Part shown: one piece after another, positions 48,033 to 57,346 of the stretch
Layout: each line of letters opens with the position of its first letter
How positions within the stretch are numbered: the first letter of the stretch is position 1
From: Promethearchaeota archaeon Loki_b31
GTDB lineage: Archaea > Asgardarchaeota > Lokiarchaeia > Sigyniarchaeales > SOKP01
NCBI GenBank assembly: GCA_005222975.1
Contig: NJBI01000001.1
Span: 32,001 to 96,000, forward strand
Direction: 5' to 3'
Length of the DNA: 64,000 bases
Position numbers and translations under genes: made by a program
The notes under the pieces: model-generated
Told to the model about the DNA's origin: nothing
Seen by the model: only the letters and a program-made list of their open reading frames with translations
The model's database searches: none

Positions 48033-49796
48033 GTGATCGATTTGATTGATTTTGATTTTGAATTAGAAGATATTCCCTTTATCGAAGATGGAGATTTTAG
48101 GACTCTAAAATTACCAGAATTAACCGAAGAAGAAAGATTTTTAGTTGATCCACTAGTAGCCCCAACTTCGGGGTTAAGAATTCAGATTCTTGAAAATATA
48201 GAAAAAGAAGGAAAGAAAAAATATTTATTACCCAATAGAAAGCTTTTTTTATTTCTCAGAGTCTTTAAAGCGATTAGTCAAAAATACAAAGAAATGAAAG
48301 AGGGGAAGAATCTTAAAATCTTGATTGTTACCGATAATCGACCAAGCAAACAGATTCTACTTCGATATTGCTCTCAAATTTTTGCTTATGAGGGATATAA
48401 AATATATCACCAAACAGATCATCCGGGAGAATCTAAAATATCTGCCCCTTATGGCGCCGCGTCTGTCGCGTTATTCGAAGATATAAACTTAAATATCGTA
48501 CTAACAGCGTCTCATAACGATCTATCGTGGAACGGAGTTAAATTTTATATTGATTATCCAATGCCAATGTCTGGAGATCTATTTAAAGAGATTGCAGATA
48601 AAGCACTAAAACTTGAAGAAATTAAGTTTGATCCAAATTACAAACCCTTTCTGATTGATGCTGAGCAGAAGAACAACGATTATGTGATCTCTCTTTTATC
48701 GAAAGTTTTAGAACTTAATAACCTAAGAGGAAAAAATATTGTTATTTGGCCTTACTTAGGGAAAGCTAGAGGAATTGTTAATTTATTTAATCGGTTAGGA
48801 GCGAATGTAATTTTAATAGAGGAAGAAATCAATCCCCCCAATCCGATAAAAATACTTCGAGAAGATAAATTGCGGCAAGTTATGGAATCAGAAGATTCAG
48901 ATATAGCTCTACTATTAGATGCCGATAGAGATAGAATTGCCTTATATGTGAAACAGAATGGTGAGTATTACTATTATATCCCGAATGAGATATATTCTGC
49001 TATGCACAATATATTAGCTAATGTTTATCATAAGAAAATTATCAATGTGAGAACGATTCCAAGCGATTTAAGAGGAGATCATACTAGTTTTATAAATATT
49101 TTTACGGGTGTGGGATATAAACACCTGGGAGTGATTTTATATTTTCTACTAGGGATCGAAGTAGACCAATCAAAAGTAGACTCAGCTATTCTTTATTATG
49201 AAGATAAAAAAAAAAATTTGATAAAAATTGATAACGCAGCGCCTTTAAAACAAAAATTACTCGAATTGATTAAAAAAACCAACTTACTTGAAGAAGAATT
49301 TTTAATTGTAATGTGGGAAGAGTCAGGAGGACACACTCTGAATATATTAAATGTTTCTAAAGACGAAATAACTGGGGAACTCCGATTTGAGACCAAATTT
49401 CCAATTATCGCAGATAAATATCCCGTGCCTGCTCTCGTTATAATCACAGAATTAATCTCACGAGGACATAAAATTTCCGAATCAATTGATTGGTCAATCA
49501 AAGGAATTAATAGAACTATCCGTGCAATTGACGAGGAAAAAGTTAAAATTATGAATAATTTTGGAAAAAACGACGGTAAAACAATTAAAATCAATAACAA
49601 AAAGTATAAAGTAAGTGCCTTATCTGATAATAATAACAAGGTGGACTTATACCAGTTGAAAAGTAACGATTCGATGTTATATTTTAGACCTAGCGGGACA
49701 GGTCCGGAAGTAAGGTTTTATATTTTTGGAAATCGTGATACTCATCTAAAAGAAATAAAGGCTGTACAAGATTACGTGAAAACAAATTATTCATAA
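48033..49796 (+). CDS. Alpha-D-phosphohexomutase (phosphomanno/glucomutase family)
   Basis: TASHN, DADRDR, EESGG and RPSGT motifs. Confidence 0.88.
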   Translation: MIDLIDFDFELEDIPFIEDGDFRTLKLPELTEEERFLVDPLVAPTSGLRIQILENIEKEGKKKYLLPNRKLFLFLRVFKAISQKYKEMKEGKNLKILIVTDNRPSKQILLRYCSQIFAYEGYKIYHQTDHPGESKISAPYGAASVALFEDINLNIVLTASHNDLSWNGVKFYIDYPMPMSGDLFKEIADKALKLEEIKFDPNYKPFLIDAEQKNNDYVISLLSKVLELNNLRGKNIVIWPYLGKARGIVNLFNRLGANVILIEEEINPPNPIKILREDKLRQVMESEDSDIALLLDADRDRIALYVKQNGEYYYYIPNEIYSAMHNILANVYHKKIINVRTIPSDLRGDHTSFINIFTGVGYKHLGVILYFLLGIEVDQSKVDSAILYYEDKKKNLIKIDNAAPLKQKLLELIKKTNLLEEEFLIVMWEESGGHTLNILNVSKDEITGELRFETKFPIIADKYPVPALVIITELISRGHKISESIDWSIKGINRTIRAIDEEKVKIMNNFGKNDGKTIKINNKKYKVSALSDNNNKVDLYQLKSNDSMLYFRPSGTGPEVRFYIFGNRDTHLKEIKAVQDYVKTNYS

Positions 49797-49835
49797 CTTT
49801 TAATATTAACTTAAGGAAATAGCTCCAGTTAATCT

Positions 49836-51530
49836 TTATATCTCCTGAACTATTCCAGGTATTATAATACTATTAGATTCTATCCTTAAAATTCCTTTTT
49901 CTTGAAGACTCTTCATTGTACTTAATACTTTTTCTTCGTCCCACTTTAAACCATTCAAGAAGTTAATTTTTTTCAATGGTTTTTTATTTGTTGCGAATTT
50001 AATGAACTTTTTTTCGACAGCGTTTAATTCTACATCTTTAAACAAATAATATATGACTTTACCAATCTTAAATGATTTAAAGATCAATTTCAATTCAAAA
50101 AGTTGGGCTAATACGGATAAAATTACTTCGTTAGCAACATCTGTGATTTCTTGATCTATAAATTGCTTTATTTTCTCGTATTGAGAGAACCCACCATTTA
50201 TTAAAAAGAACTTTTCGTGGTAGCTCAAGATTTTTTGAGAAATAGTTTCTTTTAATTGAAGTTCTTCTTTCTCAACATATTCTAAATCTAATGGCTTATT
50301 GAGCGTACTTTTATCTTTAACTGCTTCTTTTTCTCTGGTTTTTGGTAAGCTTTTCACAGCTGGTTTTGTAGCAAATTTAATTTGTGGTAATTCTTCAATT
50401 TCATCTAAACTTGTATCTTGTAGATCATCTTCAATCTTAGGTTGTTTTTTCTTAGGCGGTGTTTTTGGAATTTTCACGCTTTGTGTTTTTTTTAATCGTT
50501 CTTTTAATCTAGCCTTCAGCTCTAATTGGCGTTTAAGTTTTTCTTGTTCTTTAACTTTTTCTCTCTCTAAATGTTCTTCTATTTTTTCGTTCCATTTTTT
50601 GCGTTCCTCGAATTCGCTAAATTCTTCAATAACAATGTGATCCGCCTCCTCAATATGAATAATTTCCTTTTTCTTCAATGTTTCAATAATTTTATTTGCA
50701 TAAGTGTAATCCCAACTGGTTATATCTAATAATTTTTGAATAGTTAGATCTTCGTCTTCGTAAGCAAAACTTAAAACAACCTTTTCTGGATTCGATAGCT
50801 CGATTTTTTCGGCAGTAAACACCATTATATGAAAGGTTGGGTTGATTTCTATAATGTCACTTAGAAGCTGTGTTTTTTTCATCAGATTTAGAACGGGCAA
50901 AAAATCGTCGTTTTTTATACTCTTAATATTTGTAAATGCGTGGTATTTAAATTGTTGTATAGGAATTATTTTGAGTTTATCTAAATCGTAGTCTTTAATG
51001 ATGGAATTAAATTTGCGAGACATTTTTTCGTAAAACATTCCAACTCCGACGTTTGCTTTTTTCGCGTCAATGTTATCCAAAAACAAATCGAAAGATTCAA
51101 GCTTTTCAATTGCACCCTCAAGATTTTCAAAGTCTTGCTTTAATTCTTCTTCGGATTTTGGCAAAGCAGACTTATATCCTGCCGAAAAGACCCGATATTC
51201 CTTACCTGCTTTTTTGATAACTTGTATTTCTTTATCTTTAAGCTTAAATTGCTCCTCAGCAACTTTTATCTTCTTTTTAACTGTTATTTCTACTTGTTTT
51301 TCAGTTTTTGATATAATTTGAGATATTTTAGCTAATTTCTTCTTCACATCGTCTTTTTTTTCTTCGCTAATAAATTTCTCAATATGGATTTCTTTTTTTC
51401 TTAGTTCCGCTAGAACTTCCTTTTTTTCAAGATATTTTTTATAACGAAGAGTTAATACAATGTAAAAAATTAATAGTAGAACTGATACAAATAAAGCAGT
51501 AATAAAAACGAACATTGTTAGTGGACTCAA
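49836..51530 (-). CDS. Membrane-anchored coiled-coil protein with two EAP30 (Vps22/Vps36, ESCRT-II)-like winged-helix modules
   Basis: N-terminal TM at aa ~6-28. Module 1 (aa ~162-303): GVGMFYEK...ELSNPEKVVLSFA...SWDYTYANKIIETL. Module 2 (aa ~423-564): INGGF...ELNAVEKKFIKFA...LKWDEEKVLSTMKSLQEKG. Confidence 0.7.
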   Translation of the reverse strand: MSPLTMFVFITALFVSVLLLIFYIVLTLRYKKYLEKKEVLAELRKKEIHIEKFISEEKKDDVKKKLAKISQIISKTEKQVEITVKKKIKVAEEQFKLKDKEIQVIKKAGKEYRVFSAGYKSALPKSEEELKQDFENLEGAIEKLESFDLFLDNIDAKKANVGVGMFYEKMSRKFNSIIKDYDLDKLKIIPIQQFKYHAFTNIKSIKNDDFLPVLNLMKKTQLLSDIIEINPTFHIMVFTAEKIELSNPEKVVLSFAYEDEDLTIQKLLDITSWDYTYANKIIETLKKKEIIHIEEADHIVIEEFSEFEERKKWNEKIEEHLEREKVKEQEKLKRQLELKARLKERLKKTQSVKIPKTPPKKKQPKIEDDLQDTSLDEIEELPQIKFATKPAVKSLPKTREKEAVKDKSTLNKPLDLEYVEKEELQLKETISQKILSYHEKFFLINGGFSQYEKIKQFIDQEITDVANEVILSVLAQLFELKLIFKSFKIGKVIYYLFKDVELNAVEKKFIKFATNKKPLKKINFLNGLKWDEEKVLSTMKSLQEKGILRIESNSIIIPGIVQEI

Positions 51531-51640
51531 CTAAGTATTAATCGTTGTTAATTAGTTAAATAAAGAATCTTTTAATTAAAATAATTTTACTATCCTATTT
51601 TCAAATTTCATATTAAAACTTTAATTTGAATAAAAAATTT

Positions 51641-51661
51641 AATAATAATAATAATAATAAT
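51641..51661. repeat. (AAT)7 microsatellite in a divergent intergenic region
   Basis: aataataataataataataat read directly. Confidence 0.8.
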
Positions 51662-51697
51662 ATAAAATCTTTCAATTTATAAGAAATACAATTAGAA

Positions 51698-52957
51698 TTG
51701 ACGAAAATTATGCAAGAGAAAATAATAAACGATAAAATCCTTGAAAAAATGACGTTGGATAATGTTTTCAAAATTTTTAACGATAATATATTTCCAATGT
51801 TAAATGATGAAGAGGTACAATATTGCCAAGAGTTAGAATCTTTTTGCTTAGAGCTTCACCCTAAAATCGATAAAAGTAAAGATGTATATGTGTTATTCCC
51901 AGAGCTAGGTAAACACGGATACATGCAAAGGATAAATAAATGGCGCGATTTTGAGCCATATGGTATGAAAAAAGAGATTTTATTGGCTACAATCATGTCT
52001 ATATGCGATCCTCAATTAGAATTAGCGAGATTAGCAAGCGGTATTTTATGTGGGAATCCAACGTTTCAACATGGTGAAACGAGCGAGATTCTTAAAGTCC
52101 AAGACGAATTGATGAGTGGAAAAGAAGCAGGCTGTATTGGAATAACTGAGCCAGAACGCGGGTCCGATGCCGTGAACCTGACAACAACTTGTACAAAGGT
52201 GGATGATGGTATTGTTTTTTCAGGTGAAAAGGTCTTTACGACAAATGGTCCTAAAGCAAAGTATTTTGTTTGTTATGGTGTTTACGATACCGAGCACCCC
52301 AGACAAACGATGGTTCAAGGAATGCTTTCTAGGGATTTCGGTGGAATAGAGACAAAAAGATTGAAGATTAATTCAGTTCCTCGAGTTCATATCGCTCATA
52401 CATTTTTAAATGATGTAAAAGTTCCAATGGAGTATATTTTAGGGGATAATGGAGGGGGTTATCATAATCTTTTTGATGGATTAGTTCCTGAGCGTTTAGG
52501 CATTATGGGCTCAGGTGTGGGTATATGTTGGGCAGGACTTATATACGCAATAATTTATACTAATCTCAGACAACAATTTGGAAAAAATGTAATTAACTAT
52601 CAAGGAGTCGGATACAGTTTAGGAGATTTATTATCGAAATGTAGTGCCGCTACAAGTTTGGCATTCCAAGCAGCGACTATCTATGACGATAAAATACTTT
52701 TTGCCGATAAACCAAGCAAAGAAGCAGAAAAATGGGTGGCGGGAGTCTCTTCTCAAGGCAAGTACTTACTTTCAAAGCTTACACACGAAGTTTGCTACGA
52801 AGTTCAACAGCAAATGGGTGGTGTATCTGTTACAGATAACACTCCAGTTGACGAGCTCATGGATGTAAGTAAAATTGAAGAAGTAATTGGTGGAGCCAGA
52901 AACATTCAATTGCTTATATTACACGGTGGGCTTCGAAGGTATTCAAAAATCTTATAA
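51698..52957 (+). CDS. Acyl-CoA dehydrogenase family protein
   Basis: GITEPERGSD, GEKVFTTNG, RQQFG, QMGG and IGGARNIQ motifs. Confidence 0.9.
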   Translation: MTKIMQEKIINDKILEKMTLDNVFKIFNDNIFPMLNDEEVQYCQELESFCLELHPKIDKSKDVYVLFPELGKHGYMQRINKWRDFEPYGMKKEILLATIMSICDPQLELARLASGILCGNPTFQHGETSEILKVQDELMSGKEAGCIGITEPERGSDAVNLTTTCTKVDDGIVFSGEKVFTTNGPKAKYFVCYGVYDTEHPRQTMVQGMLSRDFGGIETKRLKINSVPRVHIAHTFLNDVKVPMEYILGDNGGGYHNLFDGLVPERLGIMGSGVGICWAGLIYAIIYTNLRQQFGKNVINYQGVGYSLGDLLSKCSAATSLAFQAATIYDDKILFADKPSKEAEKWVAGVSSQGKYLLSKLTHEVCYEVQQQMGGVSVTDNTPVDELMDVSKIEEVIGGARNIQLLILHGGLRRYSKIL

Positions 52958-53182
52958 TTTTTTCCTTTTTTACTTACAGAATATTTTATTATACTGTAGA
53001 AAAGAAAAAGAAAGAAACTTGACATTATTACTTTTTTAATAAATGATAGAAGTCTTTTCTTTTTTCTGAAAGTTTAATGTATTAAGCGTGTAAGGAAAAT
53101 TAATAAGTTCAAAATGGTATAATCACATTAGAAAAGAAGAAACTTAATATTATTTTAGTTTATATAACAGATTGTATCAACC

Positions 53183-53434
53183 ATGCAAGAAATTACAGAT
53201 GAAAATTATAGAAAAATCGTAAGAAACTTCAAAGGCAGAATGGAATTTATGAATAAAACGCCTACCATAGATGCGGTTAAAATTTTTTTCGAAATCTGTG
53301 ACCTTGGTATAAGTAGTTACATTAAAACTGAAAAAAAGAGGTTCCCCGATAAGTCAATTAAAGAAATTATTTTAGAAATGCATAAATTTCACGAAAAAAT
53401 GAAAGCAATGGGGAGAAAAAATAAATGGAAGTAA
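53183..53434 (+). CDS. Small protein, putative antitoxin/partner of the downstream nucleotidyltransferase
   Basis: 83 aa; overlaps the start of the downstream gene by 10 bp. Confidence 0.55.
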   Translation: MQEITDENYRKIVRNFKGRMEFMNKTPTIDAVKIFFEICDLGISSYIKTEKKRFPDKSIKEIILEMHKFHEKMKAMGRKNKWK

Positions 53435-54054
53435 TTTACAAAAATGCGTTCTTTCAATTAATAAATTTTCTCGAAAAAATGGAAAAAGATAAGGGTATTA
53501 AATATTATTTAGTCGGTGGAATTTTGACTAGTATTTATTCTGAAACAAGATCCACACACGATATTGATTTTGTAGTAGATTTATTTTCAGCAAATCTTTC
53601 TCTTAATAATTATATTTCGCTACTATCTGAATATGAATTTTTTCCTTTTCAAGATTGGATTACAACTATGAATCTAGCTAGACAAACTAAAATGCTTCAA
53701 TATTTAGATAAACAAGAAAGAATAAACCTCGATAATTATATTATTGATAAAGCCGATAAAAGCAAATATAAAAGGATTGGGCCTATAGCCCTAAAAAGGA
53801 GAGTCAAAGTCGAATTCGCTGATATCAAATGTTGGGCAACATCTAAAGAAGATTTTATTATATCCAAATTAGTTCTTGGAGGTTGGCAAGATTATACTGA
53901 CGCTTTAGGATGTTGGATGAGGTTTAATGATTTATTAGATATTCTCTATATGAATAAAATCAGCAAAGAGTTAGGGGTTCAAAAGGAATATGAGTTATTA
54001 AAATCTGGAATCGACGATCCAGACGATTATTTTAAACAAATTAATGGTTATTAA
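53425..54054 (+). CDS. Pol-beta superfamily nucleotidyltransferase (DUF6036/AbiEii-like)
   Basis: LVGG...RSTHDIDFVV, EDFIISKL and QDYTD motifs. Confidence 0.75.
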   Translation: MEVIYKNAFFQLINFLEKMEKDKGIKYYLVGGILTSIYSETRSTHDIDFVVDLFSANLSLNNYISLLSEYEFFPFQDWITTMNLARQTKMLQYLDKQERINLDNYIIDKADKSKYKRIGPIALKRRVKVEFADIKCWATSKEDFIISKLVLGGWQDYTDALGCWMRFNDLLDILYMNKISKELGVQKEYELLKSGIDDPDDYFKQINGY

Positions 54055-54092
54055 AATAGTTTAAATCTCATCATTTCTTTTTTAAATGCTTT

Positions 54093-54854
54093 TTAACTAA
54101 TCAAACTCAAAATAGCCGAAACAATCGACTTAATGCTAATAACTAAGAGAAAACAAAAGACAAGAATCTGAAATTTGTTTACAGGAATTTTAGGGGTAAT
54201 CTTATGACCAAGTTTAGTCCCGAGGAATATAATTGGAAAAGCGAATAAAAATATTAATAGTAGTACGCTTGGGAATAATCCTTCAACTATATAGAATGGG
54301 ATTCTTGAAACGGAAAGTACTGTTCCAATAGCAGCAAAATTTCCGATAAAACTTTCTCTATAATGTCCTGTTTTTTCTAATAAAGCTACATTAATGGGTC
54401 CTGCCGCGCCAATTAAACCAGTTAACAAGCCATAAGAGAATCCCCCGAACAAAATTAGGGGAGATGTTGTGTTTATTTCCTTTTTTATTTCAATTTGAGA
54501 TTGACTCTTAATGTAATTAACGAGTTTTAAAGAAGAATATATCAGAATAAAAACGCCCAAAATTAACTCGATCCATTCCAATCGAATATTTATAATTAAG
54601 TACGTTCCTAGAATTGTGGCGGGAATGCCTAGCGATACAATTCGGAGAAAATAACCCCTATCTAAAAATTCTTTGTATTTAATATAATTGAGTAAAGCGG
54701 GAAAAGTGCCCCAGATATTTACTAGTATTATCGCATCCTTAATTCCTATTATTGGAGCTAAAATAGGGATTAATATCAACGCGTCGCCGAATCCTATAAT
54801 CCCGTAGACCGTACTCGAGAAGAAAATTACTATTAGTGTTATAAGTATAATCAT
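54093..54854 (-). CDS. TauE/SafE family sulfite exporter
   Basis: GIIGFGDALILIP and GLLTGLIGAAGP repeats; about 8 TM segments. Confidence 0.85.
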   Translation of the reverse strand: MIILITLIVIFFSSTVYGIIGFGDALILIPILAPIIGIKDAIILVNIWGTFPALLNYIKYKEFLDRGYFLRIVSLGIPATILGTYLIINIRLEWIELILGVFILIYSSLKLVNYIKSQSQIEIKKEINTTSPLILFGGFSYGLLTGLIGAAGPINVALLEKTGHYRESFIGNFAAIGTVLSVSRIPFYIVEGLFPSVLLLIFLFAFPIIFLGTKLGHKITPKIPVNKFQILVFCFLLVISIKSIVSAILSLIS

Positions 54855-54860
54855 AAATAT

Positions 54861-55598
54861 TTAATCTCTATTCATTAATTTTTTTTGAGGATCCTTTCTT
54901 TTTCCAAAAAGCATTTCTTTATTCTTTTCTACAAATTTCCATCCAAACCCAGAGAGTTCGCTTAAGGGGCCTGTAATTCCTTTTGGATTTCCTGTCCTAG
55001 TAAATGTAATTTCTGTTTGTTGAATTGCCTTAAACACGCGATAGGGCGTCTTGTAATTATCTATTAAAGATTTAGCCTTTTTCGGACCGATATCTACGAA
55101 TCCTTCCACAATAAATGTTCTTCTTTCTTCAACGCTCATACTTTTTGGTGCCTTTCTTGAAAGTAATGGCATTCCATCCTTAACTTGTTCACGGTTAGCT
55201 ATTCGCTCTATAACGATTGCTGTATCCGCGATATTTCTAGTCGGTATTACTGATATTCCCAATTTATAAGAAATAAATGCCAGGGCACCATAAATTGAGG
55301 AAATTTTCATTCCAGTATTTTCAAACACATTATCATTTAAACCCTCTAGAATTAATATAGGTGTGGTGTAGGTTTCTTTTAAGCGAAGACACTGCTCAAA
55401 TAAACGATTATCCATAATAGAAGCAACGAAATCAAACCCTTCTTTTCTTTCAATTGCTACATCTTCAGAAATTACTATATCTGCAATATCTAATTGTTTA
55501 GTTTCGAACTTGATATTAGGGTGCTTCTCTTCCAGTAATTTCATTAACTTCCTTTCTCTATTGTCAATAATGACCTTGAGGACATTGGTTTGGCTCAT
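54861..55598 (-). CDS. ERCC4/XPF-family structure-specific nuclease (nuclease + HhH)
   Basis: IIDNRE, AD, IERK...DFVAS..DNRLFEQ and IGPKKA motifs. Confidence 0.9.
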   Translation of the reverse strand: MSQTNVLKVIIDNRERKLMKLLEEKHPNIKFETKQLDIADIVISEDVAIERKEGFDFVASIMDNRLFEQCLRLKETYTTPILILEGLNDNVFENTGMKISSIYGALAFISYKLGISVIPTRNIADTAIVIERIANREQVKDGMPLLSRKAPKSMSVEERRTFIVEGFVDIGPKKAKSLIDNYKTPYRVFKAIQQTEITFTRTGNPKGITGPLSELSGFGWKFVEKNKEMLFGKRKDPQKKLMNRD

Positions 55599-55730
55599 TT
55601 TTATTTTTATTGGTAATCGAATTTGTAATTGTTATTTTAAAATCAATTATGTTAATTAAAATAATCTAAGCTATAAAAATAAAAAATAGTAGTATTACTT
55701 TTAAAAGTTAAATGATTTGTTTTTGTTCTA

Positions 55731-56255
55731 TTATTGAGGTTCTAGGTTAATATTACGCTTAAGATAATTTATAATTTCTTTTCTACTATATAATTTGTTA
55801 TTTATTAAAACAAAAATGAAAATTAGAATCCCTGTTATCTCCGTCAAATAAACGACGGGGTTGTTAAATAATGTATATAACCATACTCCGAGGGGATCGT
55901 CAATTATAATAAATTCATACATGATAAATGGATAAAAAAGTGGTACTTCTGGTAGATCTAAAATTAAGTGAACGACCATCCCCACTAAAAATGGGATTGA
56001 TATAGATTTTCTTCTTTTCGTAATAAAGTGCAAAATAACAAAACTGATTAAAATAAATAAAATTGTATGTGAGATTCCCCTCCCTGAACCTAAATTTAAA
56101 AAAAGTAGAAATTTATCAATAATATCTGGAAATAACGAGCCAACAATTAACGCAAATCTATTAAATTCAAATCTCTTCTTAACCAGTGGTAATTCAAAGA
56201 GAATTAACGGAATAGCAACGTGAAAAATCGGAAACATATTTATCGTCTCGTTCAA
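55731..56255 (-). CDS. Membrane-bound metal-dependent hydrolase (YdjM/DUF457-like)
   Basis: H...GSLFPDIIDK, RGISHT and HLILD motifs. Confidence 0.8.
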   Translation of the reverse strand: MNETINMFPIFHVAIPLILFELPLVKKRFEFNRFALIVGSLFPDIIDKFLLFLNLGSGRGISHTILFILISFVILHFITKRRKSISIPFLVGMVVHLILDLPEVPLFYPFIMYEFIIIDDPLGVWLYTLFNNPVVYLTEITGILIFIFVLINNKLYSRKEIINYLKRNINLEPQ

Positions 56256-56409
56256 AATCCATATAAAAACCGAAAAAAGTTAAGTATTTCAGGTAAGTAG
56301 AATATTAATATCAAGATTATTACAAATTCAATTGAGACCTTTATCGCCCTCTTTACCAAATAAGGGTAAGAAACCATTTTATCTTGTTTCATAATTTTCT
56401 TTAACTTGT

Positions 56410-57210
56410 CTATTTAATTTGGTATTCTTTTAGAACTTCTCTCACCGTATAATTATGATGTACAATTTTAGATAGAGCTTTAACAATTTTTACAGGATCC
56501 TCCGCTTGAAAAACATTTCTTCCAAACGCAACTCCTTTACCTCCTGCTTGGATAGAATCGTAAACTAGTTGGAATAAATCTTGAATCGTATCAGTTTTCG
56601 GACCACCAGCTATAATAACTGGAATATGTACACTTTTTACGATATATTTGAAAGAGTCAATATCTCCAGTGTAATTTGTTTTAACTATGTCTGCGCCTAA
56701 TTCAGCACCTGCTCTTACAGCAATATTAACTACTTCAGGAGCATTCTCATCTTTTATTTTTTTACCTCTAGGATACATCATAGCTATAAGCGGTAAGCCC
56801 CATTCTCTTGATGACTCAACGACGCTATGAGCGTCTTGAAGCATTTCTGGTTCCTCATCAGCTCCTATATTAATATGAATTGAAACTCCATCTGCACCCA
56901 TTTTCAAAGCTCGCTCTACAGAACACACCAATACTTTTCTATCAGGGTCTGGAGTTAAACTTGTTGCTCCCGAAAGGTGAATAATTAACCCTATATCTTG
57001 TCCGTACTGCCTATGCCCCGCTCCAACCATACCAGAATGCATTAAAACCGCGTTCGCGCCACCTATAGCGACCTTATCAACAATATTTGCCAAATTTTCT
57101 AATCCTTTAATCGTTCCTACAGTGAGGCCATGGTCCATTGGTACAATTATCGTTCTTTTGCTTTTTCGATCGAACAACCGTTCAATTCTAATACCCTTTC
57201 CAAGATTCAA
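56410..57210 (-). CDS. Class I DhnA-type aldolase, probably 2-amino-3,7-dideoxy-D-threo-hept-6-ulosonate synthase (AroA')
   Basis: [32 protein letters not shown] and GRNVFQ motifs. Confidence 0.82.
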   Translation of the reverse strand: MNLGKGIRIERLFDRKSKRTIIVPMDHGLTVGTIKGLENLANIVDKVAIGGANAVLMHSGMVGAGHRQYGQDIGLIIHLSGATSLTPDPDRKVLVCSVERALKMGADGVSIHINIGADEEPEMLQDAHSVVESSREWGLPLIAMMYPRGKKIKDENAPEVVNIAVRAGAELGADIVKTNYTGDIDSFKYIVKSVHIPVIIAGGPKTDTIQDLFQLVYDSIQAGGKGVAFGRNVFQAEDPVKIVKALSKIVHHNYTVREVLKEYQIK

Positions 57211-57346
57211 TCTTATTACACAATTTTTTAATTATAATCAAATTATTGGTAATAAATGAGAGTAGAAATATAAAATTATATTATTATGATTGAGTTTTTT
57301 CATAAGAAGTGTTGTAACTTAAAAGATTAGAATAAAAAAAATAATG

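Noticed and set aside
51641-51661. (AAT)7 tract as a regulatory contingency locus
   Set aside because: It is short and in a very AT-rich intergenic region, with no evidence of length variation.
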